A stretch of DNA of 64,000 nt from Eledone cirrhosa (Eukaryota). A model generated the notes under the pieces. It was not told the DNA's origin. It made no database searches and saw only the letters and a list, made by a program, of their open reading frames with translations. The position numbers and the translations under genes were made by a program. Position 1 is the stretch's first letter. Every line of letters starts with the position of its first letter. Of this stretch, positions 29,701 to 40,999 are shown in pieces. The stretch covers positions 101,432,001 through 101,496,000 of the forward strand of contig OZ024744.1 of the NCBI GenBank assembly GCA_964016885.1, in the 5' to 3' direction.

Positions 29701-32700
29701 CCCAGTACTCACTGTAAAGTGGTCATGTAGGTGTCATGAGAAAAAGCACCCAGCCCACACTGTAAAGTGGTCACGTAGGTGTCATTTCAAAAAGCACCCA
29801 GTCCACACTGAAAAGTGGACACGTAGGTGTCATGACAAAAAGCTGTCAGTCCATACTGTAAAGTGGTCATGTAGATGTCATGACAAAAAACACCCAGTCC
29901 ACACTGTACCCTGGTCATGTAGGTGTCATGACAAAAAGCACCCATTACTTTACTGTAAAGTGGTCATCTAGGCCTCATGAGAAAAAGCACCCAGTACTCA
30001 ATGTAAAGTGGTCATGTAGGTGTCATGGCAAATAGCACCCAGTACTCACTGTAAAGTTGTCATGTAGGTGTCATGGCAAAAAGCACCCAGTACTCACTGT
30101 AAAGTGGACATGTAGGTGTCATGAGAAAAAGCACCCAGCCCACACTGAAAGTAGTCATGTAGGTGTCATTTCAAAAAGCACCCAGTACTCACTGTAAAGT
30201 GGTCATGTAGGTGTGATGGCAAAAAGCACCCAGTACTCACTGTAAAGTGGTCATGTAGGTGTCATGAGAAAAAGCACCCAGCCCACACTGTAATGTGGTC
30301 ATGTAGGTCTCATGACAAAAAGCTGTCAGCTACACTGTAAAGTGGTCATGTAGGTGTCATGAGAAAAAGCACCCAGTACTCACTGTAAAGTGGTCATGTA
30401 GGTGTCATGACAAAAAGCTCTCAGCCCACAGTGTAAAGTGGTCATGTAGGTGTCATTTCAAAAAGCACCCAGTACTCACTGTAAAGTGGTCATGTAGGTG
30501 TCATGGCAAAAAGCACCCAGTACTCACTGTAAAGTGTTTATGTAGGTGTCATGAGAAAAAGCACCCAGCCCACACCGTAAAGTGGTCATGTAGGTGTCAT
30601 TTCAAAAAGCACCCATTCCACACTGTAAAGTGGTCATGTAGGTGTCATGATAAAAAGCACCCAGTCCACACTGTAAAGTGGTCATGTAGATGTCATGCCA
30701 AAAAGCACCCAGACCACACTGTAAACTGGTCATGTAGATGTCATGACAAAAAACACCCAGTACTCACTGTAAAGTGGTCATGTAGGTGTCATGGCAAAAA
30801 GCACCCAGTACTCACTGTAAATGTGGTCTTGTAGGTGTCTTGACAAAAAGCACCCAGTACTCACTGTAAAGTGGCCATGTAGGTGTCATGAGAAAAAGCA
30901 CCCAGTACTCACTGTAAAGTGGTCATGTAGGTGTCATGACAAAAAGCTCTCAGCCCACAGTGTAAAGTGGTCATGTAGGTGTCATTTCAAAAAGCACCCA
31001 GTACTCACTGTAAATGTGGTCTTGTAGGTGTCTTGACAAAAAGCACCCAGTACTCACTGTAAAGTGGCCATGTAGGTGTCATGAGAAAAAGCACCCAGTC
31101 CACACTGTAAAGTGGACATGTAGGTGTCATGACAAAAAGCTGTCAGTCCATACTGTAAAGTGGTCATGTAGGTGGCATGAGAAAAAGCACCTAGGCCACA
31201 CTGAAAGTGGTCATGTAAGTGTCATTTCAAAAAGCACCCAGTACTCACTGTAAAGTGGTCATGTAGGTGTCATGACAAAAAGCACCCAGTCCATACTATA
31301 AAGTGGTTATGTAGCTGTCATTACAAAAAGCTCCCAGTACTCACTGTAAAAGTGGTCATGCAGGTGTCATGACAAAAAACAGCCAGTACTCACTGTAAAG
31401 TGGTCTTGTAGGTGTCTTGATAAAAAGCACCCAGTACTCACTGTAAAGTGGTAATGTAGGAGTCATGAGAAAAAGCACCCAGTACTCACTGTAAAGTGGT
31501 CATGTAGGTGTCATTTCAAAAAGCACCCAGTACTCACTGTAAAGTGGACATGTAGGTGTCATAGCAAAAAGCACCCAGTACTCACTGTAAAGTGGTCATG
31601 TAGGTGTCATGAGAAAAAGCACCCAGCCCACACTGAAAGTGGTCATGTAGGTGTCATTTCAAAAAGCACCCAGTACTCACTGTAAAGTGGTCAGGTAGGT
31701 GTCATGGCAGAAAGCACCCAGTACTCACTGTAAAGTGGTCATGTAGGTGTCATGAGAAAAAGCACCCTGCCCACACTGAAAGTGGTCATGTAGGTGTCAT
31801 TTCAAAAAGCACCCAGTACTCACTGTAAAGTGGTCATGTAGGTGTCATGAGAAAAAGCACCCAGTCCACACTGTAAAGTGTACATGTAGGTGTCATGACA
31901 AAAAGCTGTCAGTCGATACTGTAAAGTGGTCATGTAGATGTCATGACAAAAAACACCCAGCCCACACTGTAAAGTCGTCATGTAGGTGTCATGCAAAAAG
32001 CACCCAGTACTCACTGTAAAGTGGTCATGTAGGTGTCATGAGAAAAAGCACCCAGCCCACACTGTAAAGTGGTCATGTAGGTGTCATTTCAAAAAGCACC
32101 CAGCCCACACTGTAAAGTGGTCACGTAGGTGTCATTTCAAAAAGCACCCAGTCCACACTGAAAAGTGGACACGTAGGTGTCATGACAAAAAGCTGTCAGT
32201 CCATACTGTAAAGTGGTCATGTAGATGTCATGACAAAAAACACCCAGTCCACACTGTACCCTGGTCATGTAGGTGTCATGACAAAAAGCACCCATTACTT
32301 TACTGTAAAGTGGTCATCTAGGCCTCATGAGAAAAAGCACCCAGTACTCAATGTAAAGTGGTCATGTAGGTGTCATGGCAAATAGCACCCAGTACTCACT
32401 GTAAAGTTGTCATGTAGGTGTCATGGCAAAAAGCACCCAGTACTCACTGTAAAGTGGACATGTAGGTGTCATGAGAAAAAGCACCCAGCCCACACTGAAA
32501 GTAGTCATGTAGGTGTCATTTCAAAAAGCACCCAGTACTCACTGTAAAGTGGTCATGTAGGTGTCATGGCAAAAAGCACCCAGTACTCACTGTAAAGTGG
32601 TCATGTAGGTGTCATGAGAAAAAGCACCCAGCCCACACTGTAATGTGGTCATGTAGGTCTCATGACAAAAAGCTGTCAGCTACACTGTAAAGTGGTCATG

Positions 32701-35700
32701 TAGGTGTCATGAGAAAAAGCACCCAGTACTCACTGTAAAGTGGTCATGTAGGTGTCATGACAAAAAGCTCTCAGCCCACAGTGTAAAGTGGTCATGTAGG
32801 TGTCATTTCAAAAAGCACCCAGTACTCACTGTAAAGTGGTCATGTAGGTGTCATGGCAAAAAGCACCCAGTACTCACTGTAAAGTGTTTATGTAGGTGTC
32901 ATGAGAAAAAGCACCCAGCCCACACCGTAAAGTGGTCATGTAGGTGTCATTTCAAAAAGCACCCATTCCACACTGTAAAGTGGTCATGTAGGTGTCATGA
33001 TAAAAAGCACCCAGTCCACACTGTAAAGTGGTCATGTAGATGTCATGCCAAAAAGCACCCAGACCACACTGTAAACTGGTCATGTAGATGTCATGACAAA
33101 AAACACCCAGTACTCACTGTAAAGTGGTCATGTAGGTGTCATGGCAAAAAGCACCCAGTACTCACTGTAAATGTGGTCTTGTAGGTGTCTTGACAAAAAG
33201 CACCCAGTACTCACTGTAAAGTGGCCATGTAGGTGTCATGAGAAAAAGCACCCAGTACTCACTGTAAAGTGGTCATGTAGGTGTCATGACAAAAAGCTCT
33301 CAGCCCACAGTGTAAAGTGGTCATGTAGGTGTCATTTCAAAAAGCACCCAGTACTCACTGTAAATGTGGTCTTGTAGGTGTCTTGACAAAAAGCACCCAG
33401 TACTCACTGTAAAGTGGCCATGTAGGTGTCATGAGAAAAAGCACCCAGTCCACACTGTAAAGTGGACATGTAGGTGTCATGACAAAAAGCTGTCAGTCCA
33501 TACTGTAAAGTGGTCATGTAGGTGGCATGAGAAAAAGCACCTAGGCCACACTGAAAGTGGTCATGTAAGTGTCATTTCAAAAAGCACCCAGTACTCACTG
33601 TAAAGTGGTCATGTAGGTGTCATGACAAAAAGCACCCAGTCCATACTATAAAGTGGTTATGTAGCTGTCATTACAAAAAGCTCCCAGTACTCACTGTAAA
33701 AGTGGTCATGCAGGTGTCATGACAAAAAACAGCCAGTACTCACTGTAAAGTGGTCTTGTAGGTGTCTTGATAAAAAGCACCCAGTACTCACTGTAAAGTG
33801 GTAATGTAGGAGTCATGAGAAAAAGCACCCAGTACTCACTGTAAAGTGGTCATGTAGGTGTCATTTCAAAAAGCACCCAGTACTCACTGTAAAGTGGACA
33901 TGTAGGTGTCATAGCAAAAAGCACCCAGTACTCACTGTAAAGTGGTCATGTAGGTGTCATGAGAAAAAGCACCCAGCCCACACTGAAAGTGGTCATGTAG
34001 GTGTCATTTCAAAAAGCACCCAGTACTCACTGTAAAGTGGTCAGGTAGGTGTCATGGCAGAAAGCACCCAGTACTCACTGTAAAGTGGTCATGTAGGTGT
34101 CATGAGAAAAAGCACCCTGCCCACACTGAAAGTGGTCATGTAGGTGTCATTTCAAAAAGCACCCAGTACTCACTGTAAAGTGGTCATGTAGGTGTCATGA
34201 GAAAAAGCACCCAGTCCACACTGTAAAGTGTACATGTAGGTGTCATGACAAAAAGCTGTCAGTCGATACTGTAAAGTGGTCATGTAGATGTCATGACAAA
34301 AAACACCCAGCCCACACTGTAAAGTCGTCATGTAGGTGTCATGCAAAAAGCACCCAGTACTCACTGTAAAGTGGTCATGTAGGTGTCATGAGAAAAAGCA
34401 CCCAGCCCACACTGTAAAGTGGTCATGTAGGTGTCATTTCAAAAAGCACCCAGTCCACACTGAAAAGTGGACACGTAGGTGTCATGACAAAAAGCTGTCA
34501 GTCCATACTGTAAAGTGGTCATGTAGATGTCATGACAAAAAACACCCAGTCCACACTGTACAGTGGTCATGTAGGTGTCATGACAAAAAGCACCCATTAC
34601 TTTACTGTAAAGTGGTCATCTAGGCCTCATGAGAAAAAGCACCCAGTACTCACTGTAAAGTGGTCATGTAGGTGTCATGGCAAATAGCACCCAGTACTCA
34701 CTGTAAAGTGGTCATGTAGGTGTCATGGCAAAAAGCACCCAGTACTCACTGTAAAGTGGTCATGTAGGTGTCATGAGAAAAAGCACCCAGCCCACACTGA
34801 AAGTAGTGATGTAGGTGTCATTTCAAAAAGCACCCAGTACTCACTGTAAAGTGGTCATGTAGGTGTCATGGCAAAAAGCACCCAGTACTCACTGTAAAGT
34901 GGTCATGTAGGTGTCATGAGAAAAAGCACCCAGCCCACACTGTAATGTGGTCATGTAGGTCTCATGACAAAAAGCTGTCAGCCTACACTGTAAAGTGGTC
35001 ATGTAGGTGTCATGAGAAAAAGCACCCAGTACTCACTGTAAAGTGGTCATGTAGGTGTCATGACAAAAAGCTCTCAGCCCACAGTGTAAAGTGGTCATGT
35101 AGGTGGCATTTCAAAAAGCACCCAGTACTCACTGTAAAGTGGTCATGTAGGTGTCATGGCAAAAAGCACCCAGTACTCACTGTAAAGTGTTTATGTAGGT
35201 GTCATGAGAAAAAGCACCCAGCCCACACCGTAAAGTGGTCATGTAGGTGTCATTTCAAAAAGCACCCAGTCCACACTGTAAAGTGGTCATGTAGGTGTCA
35301 TGATAAAAAGCACCCAGTCCACACTGTAAAGTGGTCATGTAGATGTCATGACAAAAAGCACCCAGACCACACTGTAAACTGGTCATGTAGATGTCATGAC
35401 AAAAAACACCCAGTACTCACTGTAAAGTGGTCATGTAGGTGTCATGGCGAAAAGCACCCAGTACTCACTGTAAATGTGGTCTTGTAGGTGTCTTGACAAA
35501 AAGCACCCAGTACTCACTGTAAAGTGGCCATGTAGGTGTCATGAGAAAAAGCACCCAGTACTCACTGTAAAGTGGTCATGTAGGTGTCATGACAAAAAGC
35601 TCTCAGCCCACACTGTAAAGTGGTCATGTAGGTGTCATTTCAAAAAGCACCCAGTACTCACTGTAAATGTGGTCTTGTAGGTGTCTTGACAAAAAGCACA

Positions 35701-36200
35701 CAGTACTCACTGTAAAGTGGCCATGTAGGTGTCATGAGAAAAAGCACCCAGTCCACACTGTAAAGTGGACATGTAGGTGTCATGACAAAAAGCTGTCAGT
35801 CCATACTATAAAGTGGTTATGTAGCTGTCATTACAAAAAGCTCCCAGTACTCACTGTAAAAGTGGTCATGCAGGTGTCATGACAAAAAACAGCCAGTACT
35901 CACTGTAAAGTGGTCTTGTAGGTGTCTTGATAAAAAGCACCCAGTACTCACTGTAAAGTGGTAATGTAGGAGTCATGAGAAAAAGCACCCAGTACTCACT
36001 GTAAAGTGGTGATGTAGGTGTCATTTCAAAAAGCACCGAGTACTCACTGTAAAGTGGACATGTAGGTGTCATAGCAAAAAGCACCCAGTACTCACTGTAA
36101 AGTGGTCATGTAGGTGTCATGAGAAAAAGCACCCAGCCCACACTGAAAGTGGTCATGTAGGTGTCATTTCAAAAAGCACCCAGTACTCACTGTAAAGTGG
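26750..36200. repeat. ~2.3-kb (45-49 monomer) HOR, about four tandem copies
   Basis: Marker GGCAAATAGC lies at 27772, 30027, 32377 and 34679. Marker GGTCAGGTAGGTGTCATGGCAGAAA lies near 27228, 29388, 31690 and 34040. ORF offsets are 2302 (29518/31820, 28712/31014) and 2350 (31820/34170, 30821/33171). Confidence 0.88.
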
Positions 36201-36963
36201 TCATGTAGGTGTCATGGCAAAAAGCACCCAGTACTCACTGTAAAGTGGTCATGTAGGTGTCATGAGAAAAAGCACCCAGTACTCACTGTAAAGTGGTCAT
36301 GTAGGTGTCATGACAAAAAGCTCTCAGCCCACAGTGTAAAGTGGTCATGTAGGTGTCATTTCAAAAAGCACCCAGTACTCACTGTAAAGTGGTCATGTAG
36401 GTGTCATGGCAAAAAGCACCCAGTAATGACTGTAAAGTGGTCATGTAGGTGTCATGAGAAAAAGCACCCAGCTCACACTGTAAAGTGGTCAGGTAGGTGT
36501 CATTTCAAAAAGCACCCAGTACTCACTGTAAAGTGGTAATGTAGGTATCATGGCAAAAAGCACCCAGTACTCACTGTAAAGTGGTCATGTAGGTGTCATG
36601 AGAAAAAGCACCCAGTACTCACTGTAAAGTGGTCATGTAGGTTTCATGAGAAAAAGCACCCAGCCCACACTGTAAAGTGGTCATGTAGGTGTCATTTCAA
36701 GAAGCACCCAGTACTCACTGTAAAGTGGTCATGTAGGTGTCATTGCAAAAAGCACCCAGTACTCACTGTAAAGTGGTCATGTAGGTGTCATGAGAAAAAG
36801 CACCCAGTCCACACTGTAGAGTGGACATATTGGTGTCATGACAAAAAGCTGTCAGTCCATACTGTAAAGTGGTCATGTAGGTGACATGCCAAAATGTACC
36901 CAGTCCATACTGTAAAGTGGTCATGTAGCTGTCATTACAAAAAGCTCCCGGTACTCACTGTAA

Positions 36964-39900
36964 AAGTGGTCATGTAGGTGTCATGACAAAAAACAGCCAG
37001 TACACACTGTAAAGTGGTCTTGTAGGTGACTTGACAAAAAGCACCCAGTACTCACTGTAAAGTGGTCATGTAGGTGTCATGAGAAAAAGCACCCAGTCCA
37101 CACCGTAAAGTGGACATGTAGGTGTCATGACAAAAAGCTGTCAGTCCATATTGTAAAGTGATCATGTAGACGTCATGACAAAAAACACCCAGTCCACACT
37201 GTAAAGTGGTCATGTAGGTGTCATGACAAAAATCAGCCAGTCCACACTGTAAAGTGGTCATGTAGGTGTCATGACAAAAAGCACCCAGCCCACACTGTAA
37301 AGTGGTCATGTAGGTGTCATTTCAAAAAGCACCCAGTACTCACTGTAAAGTGGTCATGTAGGTGTCATGAGAAAAAGCACCCAGTACTCACTGTAAAGTG
37401 GTCGTGTAGGTCTCATGACAAAAAGGTCTCATGACAAAAAGCTCTCAGACCACAGTATAACGTGGTCATGTAGGTGTCATTTCAAAAAGCACCCAGCCCA
37501 CACTGTAAAGTGGTCATGTAGGTGTCATTTCAAAAAGCACCCAGTACTCACTGTAAAGTGGTCATGTAGGTGTCATGAGAAAAAGCACCCAGTACTCACT
37601 GTAAAGTGGTCATGTAGGTGTCATGACAAAAAGCTCTCAGCCCACACTGTAAAGTGGTCATGTACGTGTCATTTCAAAAATCACCCAGTACTCACTGTAA
37701 AGTGGTCATGTAGGTGTCATGGCAAAAAGCACCCAGTACTCACTGTAAAGTGGTCATATAGTTGTCAAGAGAAAAAGCACCCAGTACTCACTGTAAAGTG
37801 GTCATGTAGGTGTCATGACAAAAAGCTCTCAGCCCACAGTGTAAAGTGGTCATGTAGGTGTCATTTCAAAAAGCACCCAGTACTCACTGTAAAGTGGTCA
37901 TGTAGGTGTCATGGCAAAACGCACCCAGTACTCACTGTAAAGTGGTTACGTAGGTGTCATGAGAAAAAGCACCCAGCCCACACTGTAAAGTGGTCATGTA
38001 GGTGTCATTTCAAAAAGCACCCAGTACTCACTGTAAAGTGGTCATGTAGGTATCATGGCAAAAAGCACCCAGTACTCACTGTAAAGTGGTCATGTAGGTG
38101 TCATGAGAAAAAGCACCCAGCCCACACTGTAAAGTGGTCATGTAGGTGTCATTTCAAAAAGCACCCAGTACTCACTGTAAAGTGGTCATGTAGGTGTCAT
38201 GGCAAAAAGCACCCAGTACTCACTGTAAAGTGGCCATGTAGGTGTCATGAGAAAAAGCACCCAGTCCACACTGTAGAGTGGATATGTAGGTGTCATGACA
38301 AAAAGCTGTCAGTCCATACTGTAAAGTGGTCATGTAGGTGACATGACAAAATGTACCCAGTCCATACTGTAAAGTGGTCATGTAGCTGTCATTACAAAAA
38401 GCTCCCGGTACTCACTGTAAAAGTGGTCATGTAGGTGTCATGAAAAAAAACAGCCAGTACACACTGTAAAGTGGTCATGTAGGTGTCATGAGAAAAAGCA
38501 CCCAGTCCACACTGTAAAGTGGACATGTAGGTGTCATGACAAAAAGCTGTCAGTCCATACTGTAAAGTGATCATGTAGGTGTCATGACAAAAAGCACCCA
38601 GTACTCACTGTAAAGTGGTCATGTAGGTGTCATGACAAAAAACAGCCAGTACACACTGTAAAGTGGTCTTGTAGGTGACTTGACAAAAAGCACCCAGTAC
38701 TCACTGTAAAGTGGTCATGTAGGTGTCATGAGAAAAAGCACCCAGTCCACACCGTAAAGTGGACATGTAGGTGTCATGACAAAAAGCTGTCAGTCCATAT
38801 TGTAAAGTGATCATGTAGACGTCATGACAAAAAACACCCAGTCCACACTGTAAAGTGGTCATGTAGGTGTCATGACAAAAATCAGCCAGTCCACACTGTA
38901 AAGTGGTCATGTAGGTGTCATGACAAAAAGCACCCAGCCCACACTGTAAAGTGGTCATGTAGGTGTCATTTCAAAAAGCACCCAGTACTCACTGTAAAGT
39001 GGTCATGTAGGTGTCATGAGAAAAAGCACCCAGTACTCATTGTAAAGTGGTCGTGTAGGTCTCATGACAAAAAGGTCTCATGACAAAAAGCTCTCAGACC
39101 ACAGTATAACGTGGTCATGTAGGTGTCATTTCAAAAAGCACCCAGCCCACACTGTAAAGTGGTCATGTAGGTGTCATTTCAAAAAGCACCCAGTACTCAC
39201 TGTAAAGTGGTCATGTAGGTGTCATGAGAAAAAGCACCCAGTACTCACTGTAAAGTGGTCATGTAGGTGTCATGACAAAAAGCTCTCAGCCCACACTGTA
39301 AAGTGGTCATGTACGTGTCATTTCAAAAATCACCCAGTACTCACTGTAAAGTGGTCATGTAGGTGTCATGGCAAAAAGCACCCAGTACTCACTGTAAAGT
39401 GGTCATATAGTTGTCAAGAGAAAAAGCACCCAGTACTCACTGTAAAGTGGTCATGTAGGTGTCATGACAAAAAGCTCTCAGCCCACAGTGTAAAGTGGTC
39501 ATGTAGGTGTCATTTCAAAAAGCACCCAGTACTCACTGTAAAGTGGTCATGTAGGTGTCATGGCAAAACGCACCCAGTACTCACTGTAAAGTGGTTACGT
39601 AGGTGTCATGAGAAAAAGCACCCAGCCCACACTGTAAAGTGGTCATGTAGGTGTCATTTCAAAAAGCACCCAGTACTCACTGTAAAGTGATCATGTAGGT
39701 ATCATGGCAAAAAGCACCCAGTACTCACTGTAAAGTGGTCATGTAGGTGTCATGAGAAAAAGCACCCAGCCCACACTGTAAAGTGGTCATGTAGGTGTCA
39801 TTTCAAAAAGCACCCAGTACTCACTGTAAAGTGGTCATGTAGGTGTCATGGCAAAAAGCACCCAGTACTCACTGTAAAGTGGCCATGTAGGTGTCATGAG

Positions 39901-40280
39901 AAAAAGCACCCAGTCCACACTGTAGAGTGGATATGTAGGTGTCATGACAAAAAGCTGTCAGTCCATACTGTAAAGTGGTCATGTAGGTGACATGACAAAA
40001 TGTACCCAGTCCATACTGTAAAGTGGTCATCTAGCTGTCATTACAAAAAGCTCCCGGTACTCACTGTAAAAGTGGTCATGTAGGTGTCATGAAAAAAAAC
40101 AGCCAGTACACACTGTAAAGTGGTCATGTAGGTGTCATGAGAAAAAGCACCCAGTCCACACTGTAAAGTGGACATGTAGGTGTCATGACAAAAAGCTGTC
40201 AGTCCATACTGTAAAGTGATCATGTAGGTGTCATGACAAAAAGCACCCAGTACTCACTGTAAAGTGGTCATGTAGGTGTC
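36964..40280. repeat. 1649-bp HOR (34 monomers plus a 16-bp insertion), two tandem copies
   Basis: ORF offsets 37052/38701, 37415/39064 and 38392/40041 are all 1649. Both copies carry the doubled GGTCTCATGACAAAAA (37409-37440, 39058-39089). Confidence 0.9.
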
Positions 40281-40999
40281 ATGAGAAAAAGCACCCAGTA
40301 CTCACTGTAAAGTGGTCGTGTAGGTCTCATGACAAAAAGCTCTCAGCCCACAGTGTAACGTGGTCATGTAGGTGTCATTTCAAAAAGCACCCAGTACTCA
40401 CTGTAAAGTGGTCATGTAGGTGTCATGGCAAAAAGCACCCAGTACTCACTGTAAAGTGGTCATGTAGGTGTCATGAGAAAAAGCACCCAGCCCACACTGT
40501 AAAGTGGTCATGTAGGTGTCATTTTAAAAATCACCCAGTACTCACTGTAAAGTGGTCATGTAGGTGTCATGGCAAAAAGCACCCAGTACTCACTGTAAAG
40601 TGGTCATGTAGGTGTCATGAGAAAACGCACCCAGTACTCGCTGTAAAGTGGTCATGTAGGTGTCATGACAAAAAGCTCTCAGCCCACAGTGTAAAGTGGT
40701 CATGTAGGTGTCATGAGAAAAAGCACCCAGTCCGCACTGTAAAGTGGTCATGTAGGTGTCATGACAAGAAGCACCCAGTCCAAACTATAAAGTGGTCATG
40801 TAGGTGTCATGACAAAATTCATCCAGTACTCATTGTAAAAGTGGTCATGTAGGTGTCTAGACAAAAAGCACCCAGTCCGCACTGTAAAGTGGTCATGCAG
40901 GTGTCATGCAAAAGGCACCCAGTACTCACTGTAAAATGGTCCTGTAGGTGTCACGACAAAAAGCACCCAGTACCTACTGTAAAATTGGTCATGTAGATA

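Larger units (their letters stand above)
1..40700. repeat. Satellite domain A: homogeneous, HOR-organised subfamily
   Basis: The 3-nt slot after GTCAT cycles among TTC/GGC/GAG/GAC and CCCAGTACTC predominates. Diagnostic variants include CTCTCAGCCCAC, GCTGTCAGTC, CCCACACTGAAAG (47 bp) and TAAATGTGGTCTTG (49 bp). Long near-identical duplications are present. Confidence 0.9.

Noticed and set aside
1-40700. 1-bp indels in A-runs as sequencing errors
   Set aside because: The same indels recur at equivalent positions in each HOR copy with linked substitutions, which indicates real inherited variants.
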